Below, one piece after another: positions 1 through 9,359 of a stretch of DNA of 64,000 nucleotides. The stretch covers positions 771 through 64,770 of the forward strand of contig DRGK01000012.1 of the NCBI GenBank assembly GCA_011050075.1, given 5' to 3'. Both the position numbers and the translations under genes were made by a program. Source of the stretch: Candidatus Jorgensenbacteria bacterium (GTDB lineage Bacteria; Patescibacteriota; Minisyncoccia; UBA6257; GWB1-50-10). The notes beneath the pieces were generated by a model. The model searched no databases. It worked only from the letters and a program-made list of their open reading frames with translations, and had not been told where the DNA came from. The stretch's first letter is position 1, and every line of letters begins with the position of its first letter.

Positions 1-424
1 TCCTTCCGGCAGAGGATGTAACGCCAGCATTGTCGCTGATAAATTCCTTCCTGCACAGCGAAAAACTTCACCTGAATTCCAATGCTCTACCGAAACGTTC
101 CGGAGAATGAGATACGGGCACCAGTGTTTTTCGAGAACAATCTGCGTAACAGCAGCCGGGGACGTCTATCCCTGTATTATGGAACGAGATGCACCACTCG
201 GGAACGTGTCTGAAAAGAGCCTACATAATATTCTACGAAACAATAAAGCAAAGGAAATCCGTTTTCTTAACAAGGACAATATAGAGGTATGTCGGGACTG
301 TGAATACAGGTACGCATGCTTTGACTGTAGACCAAAGGCACAAGGCAGCTCGCCCGACAACAATCTGTATGCCAAACCGAATGACTGTCAATACAATCCT
401 TACACCGGCGTGTGGGGATTATAA
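1..424 (+). CDS. Radical SAM/SPASM-domain protein, C-terminal part (truncated by window edge)
   Basis: The frame is open from base 2 (PSGRGCNAS...). SPASM cysteines are present: C-x5-C...GDVYPC and CRDCEYRYACFDCR...CQYNPYTGVW. Confidence 0.85.
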   Translation, partial: PSGRGCNASIVADKFLPAQRKTSPEFQCSTETFRRMRYGHQCFSRTICVTAAGDVYPCIMERDAPLGNVSEKSLHNILRNNKAKEIRFLNKDNIEVCRDCEYRYACFDCRPKAQGSSPDNNLYAKPNDCQYNPYTGVWGL

Positions 425-445
425 CTCAACCGAAAGGAAGTGATT

Positions 446-670
446 ATGGAACTCATCAAAGTAACGTCTCAGGAACAGGAAGGTCGCCACACCAATGCAG
501 CTGTTATAAAGGTCAATACAGCCGAGAATGGTGCGGCGAGGGCATGCCATCCTGCCAACGACCCATGTCCACCTACACAGCCATGTCTTCCTCTAAACCC
601 ACACAGTCCGTGTAATCCTGACATTGTTCCCTGTAACCCAGAAGTATGCGGCCCATATACGTTCCCATAA
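446..670 (+). CDS. Putative RiPP precursor peptide with six Cys-x-Pro units
   Basis: It lies 21 nt after the rSAM stop, with SD-like AAAGGA before ATG 446 (alternative GTG 440). A Cys-free leader is followed by CHP, CPP, CLP, CNP, CNP, CGP, then a terminator. Confidence 0.75.
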   Translation: MELIKVTSQEQEGRHTNAAVIKVNTAENGAARACHPANDPCPPTQPCLPLNPHSPCNPDIVPCNPEVCGPYTFP

Positions 671-694
671 TAGGAAATGTAGTCCGCACAAACC

Positions 695-726
695 AAAACC
701 CGCTCGAGCTTCGAGCGGGTTTTTAT
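695..726. terminator. Bidirectional intrinsic terminator
   Basis: AAAACCCGCTCGA-gct-TCGAGCGGGTTTT between convergent genes. Confidence 0.85.
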
Positions 727-1493
727 TTTTTAAGTAAGTGTTTCACCACCTTTTCAAATTCAAAAATATCCTTTTTATCATCTTTCAAATATTTCCGCCA
801 ATGCAGCAATATCTTCTTCTCAATTTTCAATAACTCAGAGTGACCCACTTGCTTGCCGCCTTCATTAAAGTACTCCCCCATACCATTCAAACGAATCCTC
901 AGCTCGTTGTCACAAGCAAGTTCAATAATTGCGTGCATCACTTCACTGTCTCGCTGTTTAATCGTCAGTATATGCAGTAATTCATGGCATAAATACACCG
1001 TTGTATAATTTTTCCAATCCTCAGGATGCCCCCAGCAAATGGCATTTAATCGCAACAGTGCAACGCCGTTACGTAAGGCAGGGTGCGTTATGTACACCGT
1101 GATATCCTCACTCGGCAACGTGAGACCGGTAATCGCAGGGAGTTCACGAAGAACCAGGTCTTTATTCTGCTTCCATTGACGTTCAACAAAAGCGCAGTAT
1201 TTCTCTGTTTCACGGTATAATTGCTCAAATGCTTTATGACTAAGTCCTCTTTTGATTAATTGTTCTACATCCCCGCCAAATTCTTCAACTAATTTATCTG
1301 CATTGAGGTATAGAAACAGAACCTCATACAATCGGTGGTCCGCAAGGTACTTCACAAGCTCTGGGTATTCCTTCTTAATCCCCTGTTTAAATATTTTCCA
1401 CTCCGGAAATGGAGTTGGTTGGCGTACATTTAATGCATGTACTAAGAGGTATGGTTTATTAATAACGAAAGAAAAATCCATTATTTTTCCCAT
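723..1493 (-). CDS. HExxH-motif protein (putative zincin-like metallopeptidase)
   Basis: Contains VYLCHELLHIL and a downstream HAIIE. SD GAGGAG precedes ATG 1493 (the ORF track starts at 1520). Confidence 0.6.
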   Translation of the reverse strand: MGKIMDFSFVINKPYLLVHALNVRQPTPFPEWKIFKQGIKKEYPELVKYLADHRLYEVLFLYLNADKLVEEFGGDVEQLIKRGLSHKAFEQLYRETEKYCAFVERQWKQNKDLVLRELPAITGLTLPSEDITVYITHPALRNGVALLRLNAICWGHPEDWKNYTTVYLCHELLHILTIKQRDSEVMHAIIELACDNELRIRLNGMGEYFNEGGKQVGHSELLKIEKKILLHWRKYLKDDKKDIFEFEKVVKHLLKK

Positions 1494-1569
1494 TATTACT
1501 CCTCTGTCTTCAATAAGCAACCAAAATTATATTGACCCTTAGTGTTTTTTACGCTTTAATAGAAACACT

Positions 1570-2151
1570 ATGTTAATCCCGACCGTTATCGAAAAATCGC
1601 CGGACGGCGAACGGGTCTATGATATCTATTCCCGCCTCCTCAAAGAGCGGATCATATTCCTAGGCGGACCAATATCCGACTCACTCGCAAACAGTATTAT
1701 TGCGCAGCTTTTATTCCTTGACCATCAGGATTCAAAAAAAGATATTTTACTCTATATCAACACGCCCGGTGGCTCGGTAACTGCCGGTATGGCAATCTAT
1801 GACACGATGCAACATGTAAAAGCACCTGTCTCTACTATCTGCGTCGGCATCGCGGCGTCCATGGGTGCGGTACTTCTGGCAGCCGGACAAAAGGGCAAGC
1901 GGCTCGCACTTCCAAACTCGGAAATCATGTTACATCAGGTAATGGGTGGCGTTGAGGGACAGGCAATAGAGATCGAGATCACCGCAAAGCACATCATTAA
2001 GATCAAGGATAAGCTCAACCGCATCCTCGCCAAACACACCGGCCAGTTACTCAAGAGACTTGAGAAGGATACCGACCGTGACTTCCACCTGGATCCAAAA
2101 GAAGCGAGGGAGTACGGCATTATTGATGAAATTGTTAAGACGAAGAAATAA
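1570..2151 (+). CDS. clpP: ATP-dependent Clp protease proteolytic subunit
   Basis: [26 protein letters not shown] (Ser), MLHQ (His), DRD motifs. Confidence 0.98.
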   Translation: MLIPTVIEKSPDGERVYDIYSRLLKERIIFLGGPISDSLANSIIAQLLFLDHQDSKKDILLYINTPGGSVTAGMAIYDTMQHVKAPVSTICVGIAASMGAVLLAAGQKGKRLALPNSEIMLHQVMGGVEGQAIEIEITAKHIIKIKDKLNRILAKHTGQLLKRLEKDTDRDFHLDPKEAREYGIIDEIVKTKK

Positions 2152-2171
2152 CCAATTGGTTGTCTCAAAGC

Positions 2172-2200
2172 AACGGCTCGGTATGAGCCGTTTTTTGTTT
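2172..2200 (+). terminator. Intrinsic terminator after clpP
   Basis: AACGGCTC-ggtat-GAGCCGTT followed by TTTTGTTT. Confidence 0.75.
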
Positions 2201-2218
2201 CCGTGATACAATGGGAAT

Positions 2219-3412
2219 ATGCCAGAGACGGACAAGCAAAAAATAAATGAGGCGCTCTCACGAGGCGTGGACACCATATACCCGTCCCGAGAAGCACTGG
2301 AGCAAGTGTTGCGGAGCGGAAAAAAGCTGCGTATTTACCACGGCGTTGACCCGACGGGGCAGCACCTCCATATCGGGCACGCAACCAATCTCCTAACACT
2401 CAGACGTCTCCAGAGGCTCGGACACGAAATTATCTTTCTCATCGGTGATTTCACCGCTCGTATCGGCGACCCAAGTGAAAAGTCAGCGACACGCACACAG
2501 CTGAACTATAAAGAGGTGAAAGAGAACTCCAAAACATTTAAAAAACAAGCGAGTAAGATAATCGCATTCTCGGGCAGCAATGCTGCGAAAGTAAAGTTCA
2601 ATTCCACGTGGCTCAAAAAACTCTCCTTCGCAGACGTTTTAGAGCTCGCGTCGCACGTAACGGTCCAGCAAATGGTCAAGCGCGGAATGTTTCAAAAACG
2701 GATTGAGGAAAATAAGGATGTGTGGTTACATGAGTTCCTCTATCCTCTTATGCAAGGATATGACTCAGTCGCCATGAATGTAGATATGGAAATCGGCGGC
2801 ACCGATCAGATGTTCAATATGATGCTGGGGCGAACACTGCTCAAAAAAATGAAAGGGAAAGAAAAATTCGTACTCACCACCAAGCTCTTAGAGAACCCGA
2901 AAACTGGAAAGAAGTTAATGAATAAGAGTGAGGGGGGGCTCATTAACTTAGATGACGAGCCAAATGATATGTTCGGTAAGGTAATGGCTCTGGATGACGA
3001 GGTAATGTTCAGCGTTGCGGAGCTATCCTCTACCATGCCGCTCGCGGATATTAAAAAACTAAAAAAACTAAAACCGCGTGACGCAAAGCTTGCTATCGCA
3101 CGTGAAATCGTAACAACGTACCACTCAGAAAATGCTACAGAGCGCGCAGAGAACGAATTCATTGAAGTGTTTTCCAAAAACGCAACACCACACGATGCAC
3201 CAATACTATTTGTCTCAAAAGAAATTGAGATTGTGGACCTTCTTATTAAAGCGGGTATTTCCAGTAAGAGCGAAGCGCGACGCCTCATCAAACAGAAAGC
3301 GGTGAAAATCAACAGCGAAGCGCGTACCGACATAAACAAAATGCTTTCACTCAAAGACAACGACATCCTCAAAGTCGGCAAGCATCGGTTCTTCAAGATC
3401 AAAATAAAATAA
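2219..3412 (+). CDS. tyrS: Tyrosine--tRNA ligase
   Basis: GVDPTG, HIGH, YPLMQGYD, GGTDQ, KLMNKS (KMSKS variant), C-terminal S4-like SKSEARRLI. Confidence 0.97.
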   Translation: MPETDKQKINEALSRGVDTIYPSREALEQVLRSGKKLRIYHGVDPTGQHLHIGHATNLLTLRRLQRLGHEIIFLIGDFTARIGDPSEKSATRTQLNYKEVKENSKTFKKQASKIIAFSGSNAAKVKFNSTWLKKLSFADVLELASHVTVQQMVKRGMFQKRIEENKDVWLHEFLYPLMQGYDSVAMNVDMEIGGTDQMFNMMLGRTLLKKMKGKEKFVLTTKLLENPKTGKKLMNKSEGGLINLDDEPNDMFGKVMALDDEVMFSVAELSSTMPLADIKKLKKLKPRDAKLAIAREIVTTYHSENATERAENEFIEVFSKNATPHDAPILFVSKEIEIVDLLIKAGISSKSEARRLIKQKAVKINSEARTDINKMLSLKDNDILKVGKHRFFKIKIK

Positions 3413-3438
3413 GCATCCCTATAGCAATCCCCTTCAAC

Positions 3439-3471
3439 CCAACCGAAGGAAGTTCAACTTCCTTCGGTTGG
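3439..3471. repeat. Perfect 16-bp inverted repeat (REP-like palindrome)
   Basis: CCAACCGAAGGAAGTT-c-AACTTCCTTCGGTTGG. Confidence 0.8.
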
Positions 3472-3499
3472 TCATCGTAATGTAACACCCTTACAGTTG

Positions 3500-3571
3500 T
3501 GCCCTCAGCAGGAATCGAACCCACATCTTGAGCTCCGGAAGCTCACGTTCTATCCGTTGAACTATGAGGGC
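3500..3571 (-). tRNA. tRNA-Arg(CCG), CCA not encoded
   Basis: Minus strand reads GCCCTCATAGTTCAACGGATAGAAC...TGAGC-TTCCGGA-GCTCA...GGTTCGATTCC-TGCTGAGGGCA. Confidence 0.95.
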
Positions 3572-4668
3572 TAAAACACGAACCGAACTACTTCATACGC
3601 TGCACCAACGGCAAATATAATATACAACGGCACAGTGGCAAGAACAACATATCGGCGCGGCTCTGCCTTCGCCCACATCATCATAACAAAAGAAGCTTCC
3701 AGCGCTAAAAAGATGCCTCCGGTAATGCTCACCGCCACAAGAAAGTTCTGTATACCAAGTGCATATAATGTAAGCGGCGCGAAGACAGCCACAATCCCGC
3801 TTGCCCACCGGGACTTGAATACGTCAGTACGCAGGATATCAAATACATTGCTCCCGATCATAATGTATGATGTCCAGAGTGTGAGTAGTCCCATTACACC
3901 AATCAATAACATAACGGTCGGTGAAAGAAATCCCAGACTTGAGATGGTGTCCGGCGCAACATCCGGCACGAGCCGCAAAACCCCCACTACAAAAAATAAA
4001 TACACCACAATTGGAATCATTGTTCCCCAAAATATCGCTCGCTTAAGCGAGAATTTCTCACGTGCAGACCGATACACTTCATACACCTTCGGTATCGCGG
4101 AGCGTGCCGCAAACGCAAATAACAATGGTCCAAACGGCAACAATAATAGAGGTATACTAACAGGCTGTATGACTGGTACATCAACCGTACCCACGCCGCC
4201 CGTAAACAAAATCACAAGGACAATAAGCGCAATACCTCCAATACCGACAATCTCGGCGACGCCCAAAACCCATGTCCTCACAAATATGAACACCGAGCCC
4301 AGCAACCAAAACATAATGACCGCTGTCGAACTGAATCCATTAAACGCAATGTTCGCAAAACTCGCCGAAAGAATAAGATATACCGTTAGAGTGAATAGTA
4401 AGCCGCCGAGAACGGTGAATGAAGCGAGGCGTGCAGCCCACTGAGGCAGATACTTTTTTGCGAAATAAAAAAAGTGGTGTCCGGCTTGGTTTGCATGGAG
4501 CACCTGTGCATATCGCCAGTGAATCACAAAGTATATGAGTGCAAACGCAACGAGATATACGGTACCGAGACCGGTACCAACCTGCCGGAATACGTATGGG
4601 AGCGAAAAAATACCCGCTCCCATAATCGTACCGGCAAGCAATCCAACCGCCAGCAAAAACTGTCTCAT
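3571..4668 (-). CDS. Aromatic amino acid permease (HAAAP/Trp-Tyr permease family)
   Basis: N-terminal GTIMGAGIFSLP motif; about 11 hydrophobic segments. Confidence 0.8.
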   Translation of the reverse strand: MRQFLLAVGLLAGTIMGAGIFSLPYVFRQVGTGLGTVYLVAFALIYFVIHWRYAQVLHANQAGHHFFYFAKKYLPQWAARLASFTVLGGLLFTLTVYLILSASFANIAFNGFSSTAVIMFWLLGSVFIFVRTWVLGVAEIVGIGGIALIVLVILFTGGVGTVDVPVIQPVSIPLLLLPFGPLLFAFAARSAIPKVYEVYRSAREKFSLKRAIFWGTMIPIVVYLFFVVGVLRLVPDVAPDTISSLGFLSPTVMLLIGVMGLLTLWTSYIMIGSNVFDILRTDVFKSRWASGIVAVFAPLTLYALGIQNFLVAVSITGGIFLALEASFVMMMWAKAEPRRYVVLATVPLYIIFAVGAAYEVVRFVF

Positions 4669-4672
4669 ATAC

Positions 4673-5257
4673 CTACACGATCCCGTTGTGTTTATCTTCT
4701 TCCTCTATCAGCTTTATCAAACCATCCAAAAGCTTTATCGGATCATCTGAAAATATTGTCTTTCCCATGCCGCGGTGTGATTTCTTCAAAATATCCTCAA
4801 TCATATCCGCTGTACCGCCAGTTTTTTGTAAAACACCCATTGGCTTTTTGTCTTCAAACCCAATAGTGAATTCATTGAGTGTTCCCATTCGACCGCAAAT
4901 GGTGATAATTGCATCTGAAGAGCGTGTCAAAATGAGGTTCCTACCGGAGTAATTAAAGCCGGTATAAACAACAACGTCGTGGTAATCAAGCGGCAGTTTA
5001 TAGGACTTCACGTGTGCCAACTTTGATGCGGCGGGCGAAAATCCAATAACAATACCTCCCTCCATCTTTGCTCCTTTTGCTGACCAGTACGGAATACCGG
5101 TGGTGGCACCGGTTACGAGCACGATCCCCCGCCGTGCCATTTCACGACCCAGCAATTCTGCTTTCTCGTGTGCATCAGGCGCACAATGCCCCGTTTCGGC
5201 CGCACCTGATACGCAGATTTTAATCGTCGGTTTAAAAATTTGTGGAACACGTGCCAT
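4673..5257 (-). CDS. LOG/SLOG-family Rossmann-fold protein
   Basis: LVTGATTG, GFSP, RNLIL, GRMGTLNE motifs. Confidence 0.8.
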   Translation of the reverse strand: MARVPQIFKPTIKICVSGAAETGHCAPDAHEKAELLGREMARRGIVLVTGATTGIPYWSAKGAKMEGGIVIGFSPAASKLAHVKSYKLPLDYHDVVVYTGFNYSGRNLILTRSSDAIITICGRMGTLNEFTIGFEDKKPMGVLQKTGGTADMIEDILKKSHRGMGKTIFSDDPIKLLDGLIKLIEEEDKHNGIV

Positions 5258-5276
5258 TTCTTTTATTCATTATACG

Positions 5277-6623
5277 TTATAACAATTCAACCGTCTCACC
5301 ATACGAAGGTATCACCACATCAACAGCGAGTTCGTCTTGTACCGCACGAGCGAATGGTTCAGACTGTTCTATTTCACCTTGTACCACGAACACTCTCTTA
5401 AGTGAGAACCGAGCCGGAGTTAACCACTCAAGAAGTTGGCGTTTGTCTGCGTGCGCCGAGTAACCGGATATCTCTTTTACGCGCGCGCGAACCGGTACTG
5501 TTTTTTTCATAATGCGCACCTCTTCAGCACCATCAAGGATTCTACGGCCGAGCGATCCTCTAATCTGATATCCAACAAATAGAATATGGCTATTCGGGTC
5601 CGGCAAATAGAGTTTCTCATGATGAATAATACGCCCTCCCTGCGACATGCCCGCTCCTGCAATAATTACCTTCGGCGGCTTTACGCTCGCAATGCTACGT
5701 GATTCTTTGGTAGTCAACGTCTTTTTCAAGGCAGGGAACTCAAAAAGTTTTCCATCATTTCCAATATATTCAGGTTTTATATCAAGCTCGTCGACAAATT
5801 GCTCATACACATTGGTCAGACGAATTGCCAGCGGACTGTCCAAAAATATAGGGATTTTAGGAATACGCCCTTCCTCAATAAGTGAATTTATATGGTATAG
5901 GAGAATCTGGGTTCTCTCCATGGAAAACGCGGGTATCATAAGTGTCCCGCCGGACCGTGCTGCGTCCTCAATCATGTCTTCAAGTTCATCGCGAATTTTT
6001 GCCCGCGCCTTATGTTCCCGATTTCCGTATGTGGACTCAATGAGGCAGTAGTCGGCACGCTCTAACGGCTCGCGCGGCGTGATTAGCGGTACCGGTGAAT
6101 TTCCCAGATCACCTGAAAACACAACCGTAATGTCTCCCGCCCGTATTTCAATGAAGCTTGAACCGAGAATGTGCCCTGCATTATAAAATGTAATTGTGAA
6201 CGGACCATGTTCAAACGATTCATGGTACGGCACACCTTTCCACTGCTGCATGAGCTTCTCAATATTCTCCGGAAGACAAAACCCAGTCTCTTTACACCGC
6301 TTTGACTCTCGCGACATGATACTAATAGAATCCTTGAGCAGATGTTGTGAAAACTCACGCGTCGGTTCGGTAGAATACAGCGTCCCGGAAAATCCATCTC
6401 TGATGAGTTTTGGCAAACGTCCTGTGTGGTCAATGTGCGCATGCGTAATAAACGCCGCACTTATCTCTTTGGGGTCAAAAGGAAACGGCTTAAAGTTCTG
6501 CCGCTCTACATAGTTGCTCCCCTGAAACACGCCGCAGTCAATAATAATCTTTTTACCGTCGTGCTCGAGCAGATAGTTCGAACCGGTAACCGTTTTTGTT
6601 CCACCATAAAAAGTGAGTCGCAT
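5277..6623 (-). CDS. MBL-fold beta-CASP ribonuclease
   Basis: VTGS, DCG, THAHIDH, AGHILGS, FSGD, ESTYG, YSAHAD; start moved to ATG 6623. Confidence 0.92.
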   Translation of the reverse strand: MRLTFYGGTKTVTGSNYLLEHDGKKIIIDCGVFQGSNYVERQNFKPFPFDPKEISAAFITHAHIDHTGRLPKLIRDGFSGTLYSTEPTREFSQHLLKDSISIMSRESKRCKETGFCLPENIEKLMQQWKGVPYHESFEHGPFTITFYNAGHILGSSFIEIRAGDITVVFSGDLGNSPVPLITPREPLERADYCLIESTYGNREHKARAKIRDELEDMIEDAARSGGTLMIPAFSMERTQILLYHINSLIEEGRIPKIPIFLDSPLAIRLTNVYEQFVDELDIKPEYIGNDGKLFEFPALKKTLTTKESRSIASVKPPKVIIAGAGMSQGGRIIHHEKLYLPDPNSHILFVGYQIRGSLGRRILDGAEEVRIMKKTVPVRARVKEISGYSAHADKRQLLEWLTPARFSLKRVFVVQGEIEQSEPFARAVQDELAVDVVIPSYGETVELL

Positions 6624-6640
6624 AGTGCTACCATTATACA

Positions 6641-7942
6641 CTACCGCATGATGCCTTCTATTAATTTCTCTCCTATCTCGTAGATATCCCCGGCACCCAT
6701 AATAACTACGACAGTGTCTATGTCGGTATTTGAGAGTAAATAATCATTAACCACCGCATCCTCCATCATACAGGCATCTGTACCGACCTTTTTAATCTCC
6801 GAAGCAAGCATCTCTGAGTTGATGGAAGTGTCATTTTGTTCTCTCGCAGCATAGATAGGCACAACGATAACTTCATCAGCTTCTTTAAAGCTTTTTGCAA
6901 ACTCTTTCAGGAACAGCTTTGTTCTACTGAACAAATGCGGCTGAAACACAACAATAAGTTCGTTTTTAGGAAAACGCTCGCGCAGTCCCTGAAGCGTGGC
7001 TCGTATCTCCGTAGGATGATGAGCATAGTCATCATAGAGGAGAGCGCCGGTTGTCATCTTCCCTTTATACTCACACCTCCGCCACGTACCCTTAAACGCC
7101 TCAAGCGCTCTCACGGCTATGTCCATAGTAATGTTTGCAGTTATTGCGACCGAGAGCGCCGCTTGCGCGTTTGCAATGTTATGTCGTCCCAGAACAGTGA
7201 GTGAAAAATTGTTTTTGACGGTGGTGTAATCAATTATCCGCGCTTTTACATCACCAATAACAGGTGCAACCGTAGGGTCGTTTGGGTTGCATACAATATA
7301 CCCATCTTCCAACACCTTCCCGGCAAGTTCATGAAACGCACCTTGAATATCCTCAAGGTCTTTATAGTAGTCCAAATGATCGCTGTCTATGTTCGTAATA
7401 ATAAGAATATGAGGATTAAGACTAAGAAATGATCGCCGATACTCACACGCCTCAATAATAAGGTCACTGCCTTTTCCTGCAATAAAGTTTGAGTGATGTT
7501 CCTTAAGCAGACTACCAACAATAACCGTCGGGTCGCGATTTGCATCTATAAAGATTTTTGCGAGCATGGCAGTCGTCGTTGTTTTCCCGTGCGTACCGGA
7601 AACCGCAATGGTTCGGTATTTTTGTGAGAGCGCTCCGAGTATCTGAGGATACGTATATGTCTGAATTTTAAGCATCCGTGCCTGAATGAACTCAGAATTA
7701 TCTTCCGGCACAGCGGTGGTATATATCACCATATCAATGTCTTCATTAATATTTTTTTCCTGATGACCAATAACTATGTGCGCACCAAGCTTCTCTAACT
7801 CATCGGTAATTACCGACCGGGAAACATCGGAACCGCTCACTTCTTTACCACCCAAGAGCATCATTCGAGCAATCGCAGAAATACCTATTCCGCCAATACC
7901 AATGAAGTGGGCGTGTTTAATAGAATCAAAATCTATACTCAT
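6641..7942 (-). CDS. murC: UDP-N-acetylmuramate--L-alanine ligase
   Basis: HFIGIGGIGISA, GTHGKTTT, DDYAHHPTE, FQPH. Confidence 0.96.
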   Translation of the reverse strand: MSIDFDSIKHAHFIGIGGIGISAIARMMLLGGKEVSGSDVSRSVITDELEKLGAHIVIGHQEKNINEDIDMVIYTTAVPEDNSEFIQARMLKIQTYTYPQILGALSQKYRTIAVSGTHGKTTTTAMLAKIFIDANRDPTVIVGSLLKEHHSNFIAGKGSDLIIEACEYRRSFLSLNPHILIITNIDSDHLDYYKDLEDIQGAFHELAGKVLEDGYIVCNPNDPTVAPVIGDVKARIIDYTTVKNNFSLTVLGRHNIANAQAALSVAITANITMDIAVRALEAFKGTWRRCEYKGKMTTGALLYDDYAHHPTEIRATLQGLRERFPKNELIVVFQPHLFSRTKLFLKEFAKSFKEADEVIVVPIYAAREQNDTSINSEMLASEIKKVGTDACMMEDAVVNDYLLSNTDIDTVVVIMGAGDIYEIGEKLIEGIMR

Positions 7943-9288
7943 ATTTTTTTCACATATTCAATAAACTGATCTCCGCGATCATACTCATTCTTAAATAATC
8001 CGAAGGAAGCGAATGCAGGGCTTAAAAGCACAATATCGCCATCACTCGCAACAGTCATCGCCATACTGAGCGCCGTTCTAAGGCCGTCCACCTCTTCCAC
8101 ATGTAATTCTGAAATCCGCCTCAGCTTTTTTTTAATGCGCTCGCTCCCGCTACCGGGAAGAAGAATAATCTTTTTGCAGTACTCCACAAGTTTATGAAGG
8201 AGTGGAGTCATGTCCAGTTCCTTCTCAGACCCTCCCATGATAAGTACAATATTTTTATTTTTAGAGAGCGCTTGCAGTCCGGCAAGTGTTGCGTCCGGCG
8301 TGGTGGCGGTCGTGTCATTAAATATCTGAATACCACGCACTGTTCTCACATACTCCAGTCTGCCGGGAATACCGTTAAAATGCTCAACAGTAATTTTAAT
8401 TACCTGCTCTGCAACACCAAGTATTCTTGCAGTTCTAACGGCAAGCGCGATGTTCTTCTTATTGTGTAATCCGGGTATGTGGATGTTCCAGTCGTTCGAT
8501 ATCTCAGTGGTTGATGCAATAATCACAGTGCTCCGTATCAGTTTTTTATAACGCTCCTTAATAACAACATCCGCCTCCTTACTAACCACTAAATAATCGC
8601 CTGCGCCTTGGTGCCGAAAAATATTTGCCTTGTCATTAAAGTACCGTTCCACGTCGCCTTTATAGTAATTCATGTGGTCAAAAAGAAAATTGGTAAAAAC
8701 TGCAATATGAGGACTCGCGCCCGCCTCTCCAAAACCCTGCAGCTGCCATGAATCAAGTTCAAGCACCACAAGATCACTCTTGCCCGCTACCTCAAGAAGT
8801 GGGAGTGTTGCAACTCCCCGTACATTTCCTCCAAGAAATACGTTATGAGTATTATTCATTGCGTCTTTTTTTAAAATCTCGTAGAGCAATTGTGTGGTTG
8901 TTGATTTTCCTCTCGTGCCGGTAACACCAATTAAAGTGGCGTCGGTAAGTTTTGCAAAGAGAGACGCATCCATTTCCACCGGAATACTATGCTTTCGTGC
9001 CTCTTCTATGTATGGAGAATTAAGCGGCACTCCCGCCGCTTTAATAATTATGTCTACGTTACGAAAATCTCTGAGTCTATGCTCACCTAAAACGTATGTA
9101 ATATTTTGATAAACTCTTAGTACTTCTAAGCTCGGTCCAAGCTCTGATTCTGATTTCAAATCAGTCACCGTCAGCTGAGCACCGTGTTTTGCCAAAAACT
9201 TTACAATATTTATCCCGCGCCCTAAAAGCCCGAGTCCCATCACGGTTATCTTCTTGTTTTTAAAATATTCCTGAAGCAGTACCTGCAT
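7939..9288 (-). CDS. murD: UDP-N-acetylmuramoyl-L-alanine--D-glutamate ligase
   Basis: GLGLLG, GVTGTRGKST, ELDSWQL, NDTTAT, LSPAFASF. Confidence 0.95.
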   Translation of the reverse strand: MQVLLQEYFKNKKITVMGLGLLGRGINIVKFLAKHGAQLTVTDLKSESELGPSLEVLRVYQNITYVLGEHRLRDFRNVDIIIKAAGVPLNSPYIEEARKHSIPVEMDASLFAKLTDATLIGVTGTRGKSTTTQLLYEILKKDAMNNTHNVFLGGNVRGVATLPLLEVAGKSDLVVLELDSWQLQGFGEAGASPHIAVFTNFLFDHMNYYKGDVERYFNDKANIFRHQGAGDYLVVSKEADVVIKERYKKLIRSTVIIASTTEISNDWNIHIPGLHNKKNIALAVRTARILGVAEQVIKITVEHFNGIPGRLEYVRTVRGIQIFNDTTATTPDATLAGLQALSKNKNIVLIMGGSEKELDMTPLLHKLVEYCKKIILLPGSGSERIKKKLRRISELHVEEVDGLRTALSMAMTVASDGDIVLLSPAFASFGLFKNEYDRGDQFIEYVKKI

Positions 9289-9359
9289 ACTCCTATATTT
9301 CCACTTTATTCCAATAAAAACAAAGTATCACAGGATAGCAACACGATAACGAAGTTTTA

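Noticed and set aside
412-696. Alternative ORFs 412..615 (+) and 469..696 (-) over the precursor
   Set aside because: The 446..670 frame has the SD, the regular CxP pattern and ends just before the terminator.
3635-4444. 269-aa plus-strand ORF
   Set aside because: Antisense shadow of the permease; no motifs.
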